Origin: Eubacteriales bacterium
Lineage (GTDB): Bacteria; Bacillota; Clostridia; Oscillospirales; JAAYXM01
Direction of reading: 5' to 3'
NCBI GenBank assembly: GCA_045595365.1
Contig: JAZOAI010000028.1
Span: forward strand, 14,621 to 78,620
Length of the DNA stretch: 64,000 nt
Part shown: piece by piece, positions 35,101-42,565 of the stretch
Position numbering within the stretch: position 1 is the stretch's first letter
How the letters are laid out: each line of letters begins with the position of its first letter
Made by a program: the position numbers and the translations under genes
Notes under the pieces: generated by a model
Seen by the model: only the letters and a program-made list of their open reading frames with translations
What the model was told of the DNA's origin: nothing
Database searches by the model: none

Positions 35101-36448
35101 TAAGATTAATACGGTTGCAATTCCGAAAGCAACAGTAGATACAATTATTGGTATCGATGCTGAAGCTGCTCTTGAAATCACTCTCAAAGATGGTAGTGAT
35201 GAAAACAAAGAAAGTACAATTACCTTGAATGCGCAGGCACTTGCAGCAATCCAAACCGCCGGTACTTCGGCAACAACAATATCCATCTCTGTAGATAAAA
35301 CAGAAAAAGAAGAATTGGCGACTGAACAGGCTGCAACGGTTGAAGAAGTATCAACCAAAGCTCCGGTAGTTTACACCTTGAGCATCGTAGATGAAGATGG
35401 CAATTCTGTAGCAGGTAGCTTTGGAGATGGTGGTTCAGCTACTGTAAAACTTCCTTATGCAAAACCTGCTGGTAACGGAAATGTTGTTGTGAAGTATTTG
35501 GACGATTTGGGTAATTTAACAAACATAACCAATCCTTCATATGATAGTGCTACACAGCTTGTAACTGTTGTACTTGGACACTTCTCTGAATACTTGATTT
35601 ATACCGAACCTGTAGTTAGCCACGGCGGTGGCGGCGGTGGTGTTTCAAGATACACCATAAAATTTGAAACTAATGGCGGTAGCGCAGTTAAAGCAATTAC
35701 AGTTAATAAGAACGCTGTTGCAGAAGAACCGACTGCACCGATAAAAGAGGGTTTCAAGTTTGAAGGCTGGTACACAGATAAAGAACTTACAACAGCTTAC
35801 AATTTCACAGCAAAAGTTACAAAGAACTTCACCCTTTATGCTAAGTGGATAGAAACTGAAAAAGAACCTGAAGTTGTTGAACCCGAAACATCAACTGCAT
35901 TTACAGACGTTAAGGAAAACGATTGGTTCTATGCAGATGTTCAGTATGTTGTTGAAAACAACCTTATGAATGGTGTTGGCAATGATAAGTTTGCTCCTAA
36001 TGATACACTTACAAGAGCAATGCTTGTAACAGTTCTTTATCGCAACGCAGGTGAGCCTGCTACAAATAGAAGCATTCCGTTTGCCGATGTTGATATGGGT
36101 GCATATTATGCAAATGCTGTTTCTTGGGCAAAGCAGAATGGTATTGTAAACGGTGTAACTGAAAACGAATTTGCACCTGATGCAAATATCACTCGTGAAC
36201 AGATTTCTGCTATTATGTTTAGATATGCACAGTACAAGGGTTATGATGTAAGCGTTGGAGAAAACACAAATATTCTTTCCTATACCGATGCAGAAAGCGT
36301 TTCTGAATATGCAGTAGCTTCTATGCAGTATGTAGTTGGTGGCGGCCTTATCAAGGGCAAAACAACTACAACACTTAATCCGAAAGATAATGCTACAAGA
36401 GCTGAAATTGCAGCAATTCTTCAGAGATTTATTGAAGCTAACAAATAA
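32183..36448 (+). CDS. Giant S-layer-homology-anchored surface protein: cohesin-like + MBG/Ig-like repeat arrays + Flg_new + 3 C-terminal SLH domains
   Basis: 1421 aa with a signal peptide and a cohesin-like module (IPIDLSGNTGIAGMTLRISY...LVWDG). It has tandem 164-aa Big_2-like + MBG-like units, a Gly6 tract, and C-terminal SLH repeats (FTDVKENDWFYADVQYV...). Confidence 0.8.
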   Translation: MKAIAKRFVACLCVISMILSMMMVAQASGTEIVVGKTTLVQANGEEIVQIPIDLSGNTGIAGMTLRISYTEGLTLTEIAKGSGLASLTMTKPGVLTSNPFNLVWDGQDADTSNGTVATLVFTVPKNTVKDYEITVIPDGVFDNDLNDVTINITNGKISVEEKPKENFAGLSFADATFTYDGTEKALAVSGLPSGASVTYTSADFDADGKAIDAGTYNITATVKKDGYNDWSDEATLTIDPKAISVTGITISNKEYDGTDAAILSGGTISGLVARDAADQYCDEHQGYRIKYYIPEFGTFADANAGTNKAVTIDEIVLTGCSAENYVLTQPTGLKANITKAPITVTAKDVTIKTGATIPNFDENSYEITSGKLFGDDKITGSLATNCTSTSAAKDFNITQGTLTAGNNYNLTFVAGKLSVVDKTVQNVTVDGVVTEKTYGDDGFKITVTPDVNSSLDNFTITSSNTNVADIDESGNVTINNAGTTTITVKEAGNAEYAPFEKSWTLTVKKLPLTITADNKTKKIGQEDPQLTHQLAGELVGFDTLEVTLVREQGEAVGKYAITNKKIVVSDNYEITFNPGVFEIVDKTPQVITVDGVVEKKAYGDDGFKITVTPDATSKLDNFSITSSDANVAIVDESGNVTIKGAGITTLSVKEAGNEEYAAFEKTWTLTVDKAKVTITADNITKKIGQNDPELTYSVNGNLYGEDKVTGELARTAGEELGKYDILIGTLAINNNYEIAFNKGIFEIVDKTPQVITVADIDAKTYGDASFKLEVTPDATSKLDTFTYVSNNVDVADVESDGTVTIKGAGETTITVSQAGNEEYAATEKTVKLVVDPITVAVTAIDMDNKTATIEGVLEADKAGVELDFDNVKTTVISSEKSTVEETTTITSTLKVTNLKIKGEKAKNYVVDKGTSLTTTVVSTTVTEKLTEDENVTIEAAPVDDKTIIVTDVAVAPEAEVKKVTIDVTAIADTKINTVAIPKATVDTIIGIDAEAALEITLKDGSDENKESTITLNAQALAAIQTAGTSATTISISVDKTEKEELATEQAATVEEVSTKAPVVYTLSIVDEDGNSVAGSFGDGGSATVKLPYAKPAGNGNVVVKYLDDLGNLTNITNPSYDSATQLVTVVLGHFSEYLIYTEPVVSHGGGGGGVSRYTIKFETNGGSAVKAITVNKNAVAEEPTAPIKEGFKFEGWYTDKELTTAYNFTAKVTKNFTLYAKWIETEKEPEVVEPETSTAFTDVKENDWFYADVQYVVENNLMNGVGNDKFAPNDTLTRAMLVTVLYRNAGEPATNRSIPFADVDMGAYYANAVSWAKQNGIVNGVTENEFAPDANITREQISAIMFRYAQYKGYDVSVGENTNILSYTDAESVSEYAVASMQYVVGGGLIKGKTTTTLNPKDNATRAEIAAILQRFIEANK

Positions 36449-36462
36449 TCCTAAAAACATAG

Positions 36463-36493
36463 TTAACCCCCTTGCCGTAAGCAAGGGGGTTAA
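36463..36493. terminator. Bidirectional terminator between convergent genes
   Basis: Stem ttaacccccttgc / gcaagggggttaa with loop cgtaa. Confidence 0.65.
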
Positions 36494-36495
36494 TG

Positions 36496-37053
36496 CTATT
36501 CTAGAATCAATTTTCTTGCAAGTATAAACAAGCTATTGTCCACGGATGGAATATCCCTCGACAGAGGATCTTTCATATGTTCCACATTAGGATTAAAGTC
36601 AGGTTTGACGGATTGATAAATTCTTGTTCGGGCATTGAACTCTGCTTCCGCATAAGTAATTTTACCGCATTTATAATCTTCAATCACAGGAGCGATTATA
36701 ACTCTGACTTTTTCGATATTGTTTGCGTAAAAATCAGGTCGCAGATACATATCTCGGTATTGCCATATTGCAGCATTGGCGATGTCAACCAATTCGCCGG
36801 AGCTATAACCGTTTGTCTGACCGTTGAGCCAAGCATTAAAGAATATGCGATTTGATTTTGCTCTTGCATCGGCATATCCCAAGCCATTCTGTACCTCGGT
36901 TAGCATATCGTCTATAAAGCTTTCTACAATAACGATTGCCTCGTTTGTTGCATTGTAGGGTGCCGACTCTCTCGGAACCCCTGCTGCACTTACAGAAAAA
37001 GAACTTATTAAAATTGATACGATTGATATGATGGATATGATGGATTTCTTCAT
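36496..37053 (-). CDS. Secreted hypothetical protein
   Basis: Start set to the ATG at 37053 (MKKSIISIISIVSILISSFSVSAAG signal peptide) behind a ggaggtg RBS. Confidence 0.55.
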   Translation of the reverse strand: MKKSIISIISIVSILISSFSVSAAGVPRESAPYNATNEAIVIVESFIDDMLTEVQNGLGYADARAKSNRIFFNAWLNGQTNGYSSGELVDIANAAIWQYRDMYLRPDFYANNIEKVRVIIAPVIEDYKCGKITYAEAEFNARTRIYQSVKPDFNPNVEHMKDPLSRDIPSVDNSLFILARKLILE

Positions 37054-37054
37054 T

Positions 37055-37435
37055 TCAATGCACCTCCATAGAACATACAAATTCTCGTAATACAATTTCT
37101 TCTGCAGAGTAGTGAATGTTGTTCATAGCACCCACCCAAGCCATTTGGTCTTTCTCTTTTAATTCTTCTGTGATGCCTTGTTTGACTGCCATATCTTTTA
37201 TAAGATTATCAACCATTTCCTTTGCAGTTGTGTCAATTTCTTCAAGATACGCAAGCCAAGTGCCGTTAAGCATTTTCATTGAGTAGAAAGCAGGGCGATT
37301 TTCCTTAATAAATATTGAGTGTAACTTTCCATACCTGCCAATGTTGTAAGTCCCTTCAGGTGCTTTTAGATTTGGAATGTAGCAATCGCCATTTCTTACA
37401 TACTCAATTCCATTTTCAATGATTTTTTCTTTCAT
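37055..37435 (-). CDS. tnpV: TnpV-like transposon protein
   Basis: 126 aa. By recollection, the N-terminal ENGIEY...GDCYIPNL and the rest resemble the TnpV family of the Tn4451/Tn4453 mobilizable transposons. Not verified by search. Confidence 0.6.
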   Translation of the reverse strand: MKEKIIENGIEYVRNGDCYIPNLKAPEGTYNIGRYGKLHSIFIKENRPAFYSMKMLNGTWLAYLEEIDTTAKEMVDNLIKDMAVKQGITEELKEKDQMAWVGAMNNIHYSAEEIVLREFVCSMEVH

Positions 37436-37585
37436 AGCGTAAACGCCTCCTTTAAATTTGGTATCTTCATTTTATCAGAAGGCATTTACTTTGACGAATG
37501 TGCGGATAAAGTTAATATTCTAAACATAATAGGTTGCTTTAAAAATGAATTGTGATATAATAGTCATAGATGAGAGGTGAAAAAG

Positions 37586-38677
37586 ATGTTTGGTGATCTG
37601 GTTAATCTCTTTAATTTGGGGGCTTTTTCGGATGAGGAAAAAGAATTGCTCAGAACCGATTTTACATATAAGAAGCAAATGAGCCGACTTTTAAAAGAAG
37701 CTCGTCAAGCTGCAAAGAGAGAGACTTGCTATTTTTGCGGAAAGAGCGTTACGAGTTTTTGTAATTCGCATTCTGTTCCGAGATTTTGTCTTGAAAATAT
37801 AGCCACAAAAGGCGATGTACTAACACTAAATACCGTTGTGGATAATCCTTTGATGGATATTGAAACCGGAGTGAATAAAGCAGGAACATTCCATTTGATT
37901 TGCAATGATTGCGACAGCAAGATTTTTTCAGATTATGAAAACCCCGATAATTATTCAAATCAACCTACTCCGAAAATGATTGCTCAAATGGCATTAAAAA
38001 ATAGTTTGAAATCTATTAGCAAACGCCTGTTTGAAATTGAACTTTTTAATATTTCGGCCAAAAAAACAGATGTAGCACGAATGTTCAGCGAAATAAAAAA
38101 CGCCGTAAATGAAATAGACTTAAAGGAATATGACGATAGCTATAAAAAAGCAAAGAAAGCAATTGAAAAAGATAGTTCAACAGACTACTATGTGTGCTAT
38201 TATGAAAAAATAAATTATGTAGTGCCAATCGCTTTTCAATGTTCATTAGCATTAGCAATTGATTTTAACGGGAATATTATCAATGACATTTATAACCAGT
38301 CTCCTAAGTATAGAATACAAAACATTCATATAAGTATATTACCTTTGAAATCGGAAACTGTAATCGTGATGTTTATTGAGAATGGAGATAAACGTTATAG
38401 GCAGTTTTATAAACAGTTTAATAAACTTTCATTAGAAGATAAACTTGCCACATTAACATTAATTATGTTTATGTATTCAGAGGATATGTACTTTTCAAAA
38501 TCTATTGAGAAAGAAGTTCGTGAAAGTAAAGCGCTTTGTGAAGCGGGAAAAACCGGACAAGACATCGTTTCGCTTACACCTTTCTTTGATCCTTTAGAAA
38601 TACTAAGAGAATCGCATTCTTTAGATAAAAGGAATGAGATCCCGAATTTGCTTTCAGAAAAATATAAATTAGCATAA
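37586..38677 (+). CDS. Cys-rich hypothetical protein, possibly DUF4238-like
   Basis: 363 aa from the ATG at 37586 (agaggtg RBS). It has CYFCGK...FCNSHSVPRFCLENI and ICNDCDSKIF Cys pairs. SHSVPRFCLEN resembles, from memory, the H-x-V-P-x-F-x-L signature of DUF4238. Confidence 0.5.
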   Translation: MFGDLVNLFNLGAFSDEEKELLRTDFTYKKQMSRLLKEARQAAKRETCYFCGKSVTSFCNSHSVPRFCLENIATKGDVLTLNTVVDNPLMDIETGVNKAGTFHLICNDCDSKIFSDYENPDNYSNQPTPKMIAQMALKNSLKSISKRLFEIELFNISAKKTDVARMFSEIKNAVNEIDLKEYDDSYKKAKKAIEKDSSTDYYVCYYEKINYVVPIAFQCSLALAIDFNGNIINDIYNQSPKYRIQNIHISILPLKSETVIVMFIENGDKRYRQFYKQFNKLSLEDKLATLTLIMFMYSEDMYFSKSIEKEVRESKALCEAGKTGQDIVSLTPFFDPLEILRESHSLDKRNEIPNLLSEKYKLA

Positions 38678-38678
38678 C

Positions 38679-38720
38679 AAAACCGCTACCTTAGACTTAC
38701 ATCTAAGATAGCGGTTTTTT
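38679..38720 (+). terminator. Rho-independent terminator at the element's right end
   Basis: Stem aaaaccgcta...tagcggtttt followed by a T-run. Confidence 0.65.
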
Positions 38721-38792
38721 CGTTTCGTATTAGAGCATCACCTTGACGGCAAAGCCGCCGCTAAAGAAGTAGGTGTTCGTCCAATACACATT

Positions 38793-39145
38793 TGGTGGAG
38801 GCGGGGGGAGTCGAACCCCCGTCCGAAAACATATTCACATAAGCTTCTCCGGGCGCAGCCTGATGTTTACATTCCCTCATTCGGGCGCCAACAGGCGGGC
38901 TTCCGAATTTGGTAGCTTCATATTACATGCCGCGCTCAAAGCTTTGCGCGGTCACGTTCACCACTGTGTGACACCTTACTCCCGGGCCGTGGTCCTCCCG
39001 GGGAAGATGGCCGCTATAATTTAAGCAGCAATAAGTTTATTGTTGTTATTTAATTTATAAAAATTAAGTTGCAGATTTTAAAGCGGCTCTGCGCCTCTGC
39101 CCGCTGCTCGTGCTTCAACATCCCCGTCGAAGCCTTTACGCCCCC
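38793..39145 (-). ncRNA. ssrA: tmRNA (transfer-messenger RNA)
   Basis: The minus strand begins GGGGGCGTAAAGGCTTCGACGGGGATG and ends GACGGGGGTTCGACTCCCCCCGCCTCCACCA (tRNA-Ala-like acceptor/T-arm). An internal short ORF ends ...GCT GCT TAA. smpB is nearby. Confidence 0.9.
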
Positions 39146-39985
39146 TTATTTATCAATAAACCTTGCAAGCCAACGCTCGCAAAGATCTATCCATGATGAT
39201 ATATGCAGGTTGAGTCTGTCAGCGTTTGGAGAAATTGTCTCACGCGTGCCGAGCGAAAGCCCGTGTGGCCCATCGGGATAGATGTGCAGCTCGAACGGAA
39301 TTTTGGCCTTCTTCATTGCGTTCGCGAAAAGGAGAGAATTCTCAACCGGAACCCCGCCATCTGTCAACGTGTGCCAGATAAAAGCCGGCGGAGTATGCTC
39401 TCCGACAGAGTTTTCAAGCGAACATTTGTAGAGCAACTCTTTTTCCGGGTTCTCACCAAGAAGGTTAGTAAATGAACCCCGGTGTGCAAATTCTCCGCTT
39501 GTTATAACCGGATATGCAAGAATCATACCATTTGGTTTGTTTTCGCCAAACTCAATGCCGAGACTTTCCGTAACAACGCTTTCGTTCCAGAGCGTTCCAA
39601 GCATTGCCGCCATGTGCCCGCCTGCGGAAAAGCCGCAAACAGAAACACAATCCGGCTTCACGTGATATTTTTCGCAATTTCTTCTGATATATGCAAGTGC
39701 TGCGCTCGATTCCAAAAGCTGATTGGGATACTTTGCATCATTTAAATTGGCAGTTGAATAGCGAAGAACAAATGCGTTATAGCCACGCGCCACAAACTCA
39801 AGCGCAATCGGCTCGCTCTCGCGCTCGCTGACTACGTGGTATCCACCACCAGGACAGATAAGAACACCCGCACGCTTGCGGCCCGGCTCAATTTCATCAG
39901 AGGTTGACCGCACATATGTCGTTAGTGTTGCATCGGTTTTGATGCCAGCAAACACTTCTTTTAAAAATACTTTTTCGTAAATCAT
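39146..39985 (-). CDS. Alpha/beta hydrolase (acetyl-esterase/lipase-like)
   Basis: Nucleophile elbow GFSAGGH and an HGG-type region PGGGYH. Start set to the ATG at 39985 (gaggag RBS). The ORF-track 5' extension overlaps smpB and is rejected. Confidence 0.8.
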   Translation of the reverse strand: MIYEKVFLKEVFAGIKTDATLTTYVRSTSDEIEPGRKRAGVLICPGGGYHVVSERESEPIALEFVARGYNAFVLRYSTANLNDAKYPNQLLESSAALAYIRRNCEKYHVKPDCVSVCGFSAGGHMAAMLGTLWNESVVTESLGIEFGENKPNGMILAYPVITSGEFAHRGSFTNLLGENPEKELLYKCSLENSVGEHTPPAFIWHTLTDGGVPVENSLLFANAMKKAKIPFELHIYPDGPHGLSLGTRETISPNADRLNLHISSWIDLCERWLARFIDK

Positions 39986-39998
39986 TGGCGCTATCTCC

Positions 39999-40472
39999 TC
40001 AGAGCCGTTGCTCTTTAATCGCGCGGTCGATTTCGCGCTTTGCGTCGCGCGCGGCGGCGGCATCTCGCTTGTCATGGAGCTTCTTACCCTTACAAAGGCC
40101 GACCTGGACCTTAACGAGCGACCCTTTAAAGTAAAGAGACAGCGGAATAATCGTATATCCCTCCTGCGCTTGCTTCGCGGCAAGGCGGCGGATTTCGGAT
40201 TTGTGCATCAGAAGCTTTCTGTTCCGCCTCGGCTCCTTATTAAAGATGTTCCCCTTTTCATATGGGCTTATATGCATACCGTGAACAATAAGTTCGCCGT
40301 CTTTGACCGAACAGAAAGAGTCTTTCAAATTAGCCGCCCCTTGACGGAGAGATTTAACTTCGGTTCCGCACAGAGAAATCCCCGCTTCAAAAGAGTCTTC
40401 AACCGTGTAGTCATGCCAGGCTTTGCGGTTTTTTGCAATCTGGCGAATGGACTTATCTTCCGTACGAAACAC
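39999..40472 (-). CDS. smpB: SsrA-binding protein
   Basis: IAKNRKAWHDYTVEDSFEAGISLCGTEVKSLR...LLMHKSEI is the SmpB signature. A GTG start at 40472 gives the canonical ~157 aa. The longer ORF-track start would overlap the tRNA-Leu promoter. Confidence 0.85.
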   Translation of the reverse strand: MFRTEDKSIRQIAKNRKAWHDYTVEDSFEAGISLCGTEVKSLRQGAANLKDSFCSVKDGELIVHGMHISPYEKGNIFNKEPRRNRKLLMHKSEIRRLAAKQAQEGYTIIPLSLYFKGSLVKVQVGLCKGKKLHDKRDAAAARDAKREIDRAIKEQRL

Positions 40473-40562
40473 CTCACTTTCCGAATCTTCGATATAATTA
40501 TGCCATATGTTTTTGTCGAAGTCAAGGAGATTGCGTGTTTCAAAATAATTACAAAATCGCAC

Positions 40563-40591
40563 TTGTCAAAACGCAAAAGATGTTGTATAAT
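40563..40591 (+). promoter_or_regulatory. Sigma-A promoter of tRNA-Leu
   Basis: TTGTCA - 17 nt - TATAAT, ending 14 nt before the tRNA 5' end. Confidence 0.6.
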
Positions 40592-40604
40592 ATTAAAGAT
40601 ATTG

Positions 40605-40690
40605 GCCGGTGTGATGGAATGGCAGACGTGACGGACTCAAAATCCGTTGGTGGCAACACCGTGTGGGTTCAAGTCCCACCACCGGCACCA
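40605..40690 (+). tRNA. tRNA-Leu (anticodon CAA), type II with long variable arm, encoded CCA
   Basis: Acceptor stem gccggtg/caccggc, anticodon loop ctCAAaa, long variable arm, T-arm gggttcaagtccc and a 3' CCA. Confidence 0.9.
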
Positions 40691-40697
40691 GAAAAAA

Positions 40698-40725
40698 CGA
40701 CAAGTTTCGACTTGTCGTGTTTTCA
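40698..40725 (+). terminator. Rho-independent terminator after tRNA-Leu
   Basis: Stem acgacaagt / acttgtcgt with loop ttcg, followed by gtttt. Confidence 0.7.
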
Positions 40726-40802
40726 GTTATATTTGCCTGCGGCAAGTTATATTCGGCTTGCGCCAAGTGTTATTGTGCTTCACACAGTTTAATGGCAAAT
40801 AT

Positions 40803-40897
40803 AATATCACTGAAACCGAAGGTTTCAATATCACTTTTGATTAATCAAAAATATCACTCCAACGAAGTTGGAATATCACTTGGATAAAAATATCTCT
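40803..40897 (+). repeat. Iteron-like array: five direct copies of AATATC(A/T)CT
   Basis: Copies start at 40803, 40827, 40850, 40872 and 40889 (the last is AATATCTCT), giving spacings of 24/23/22/17 bp. Confidence 0.7.
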
Positions 40898-40934
40898 TCT
40901 GGTCTTTTGATGCGGAAGGACTTGAACCCTAAGA

Positions 40935-41027
40935 AGGTATGTGCGTTCAGAAAACGATTATCAATCGTTTTTGGCACATATTTCCGACGACCTAAAACGT
41001 AAGAGGACACCGCGAGGTGTCCTCTCT
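40935..41027 (+). repeat. Right copy of the dispersed ~100-bp hairpin module
   Basis: See 7935-8061. The distal hairpin agaggacacc-gcga-ggtgtcctct doubles as the terminator of the XRE gene on the minus strand. Confidence 0.7.
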
Positions 41028-41040
41028 TATTACATTCCGT

Positions 41041-41244
41041 TTATTGTTCCTTGATATATTCCGCGATGTCTGAAAGAGTGCAATTCAAAGCTTCGCAAAG
41101 CCTGTTAAGCGTCTTCGTTTCGATATTCTCATTTGCTTTTAATCTGCGAATTGTTTTGCTGTCGATACCACATTTTTCGCGAAGCATGTACGTGGAGACC
41201 CCTTTTCGATTCATTGTTTCCCATAACTTGTCAAAAACTATCAT
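41041..41244 (-). CDS. XRE-family (Cro/CI-type) HTH transcriptional regulator
   Basis: 67 aa (MIVFDKLWETMNRKGVSTYMLREKCGIDSKTIRRLKANENI...) behind an aaggagg RBS. The longer ORF-track version has no support. Confidence 0.8.
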   Translation of the reverse strand: MIVFDKLWETMNRKGVSTYMLREKCGIDSKTIRRLKANENIETKTLNRLCEALNCTLSDIAEYIKEQ

Positions 41245-41377
41245 AGCCACCCCTCCTTGACAAGTTATATTATGGGGGTTATAATCTAAAATATTAAGGG
41301 GATATAATCCCCATACAAAGAAGGGGTAAGTCAATATTGCTGAATAAACTTCTGAAAACTCTCCTTTTGAGCATACA

Positions 41378-41408
41378 AAAAGCGCGTTGCTTTCGCAACG
41401 CGCTTTAA
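41378..41408 (-). terminator. Rho-independent terminator of gap
   Basis: Stem aaagcgcgttgc / gcaacgcgcttt. Confidence 0.65.
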
Positions 41409-41416
41409 AGCTTTTC

Positions 41417-42439
<1,023 letters not shown>

Positions 42440-42565
42440 CTAAAATTTTTCATATGCTACTATTATAAACGATTTATTTCAAATTTACAACTGTCTTTTT
42501 TGAAAATATTAGCAAAAATATGCAGAATTTTTTGTGTAAATGGTATAAAAAAGCGACACGACGGA

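Larger units (their letters stand above)
8200..38735. mobile_element. Integrative mobilizable element (~30.5 kb), serine-recombinase type, inserted next to the 3' end of ssrA
   Basis: Abrupt switch to AT-rich composition at about 8.21-8.23 kb and 38.72-38.74 kb. It carries a large serine recombinase, ParB-like protein, MobC, relaxase and TnpV. The right edge is about 60 nt from the tmRNA 3' end. Boundaries are approximate (roughly +/-250 bp). Confidence 0.75.

Noticed and set aside
38773-39281. ORFs 38773-39024 (+) and 39069-39281 (+)
   Set aside because: They are translations of the tmRNA gene's opposite strand and the esterase 3' end. The tmRNA assignment explains the region.
39986-40183. 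66-codon N-terminal extension of the esterase ORF, and the 30-codon extension of smpB (40473-40562)
   Set aside because: The esterase extension overlaps smpB and lacks an RBS, while an internal ATG has a gaggag RBS. The smpB extension would overlap the tRNA-Leu promoter and give an atypically long SmpB.
40905-40935. tRNA 3'-half-like fragment (reverse complement ...agggttcaagtccttccgcatca)
   Set aside because: The T-loop consensus is present, but the T-stem pairs poorly, there is no acceptor/CCA match, and it is inverted relative to tRNA-Leu. It is at best a decayed remnant, not a gene or att site.
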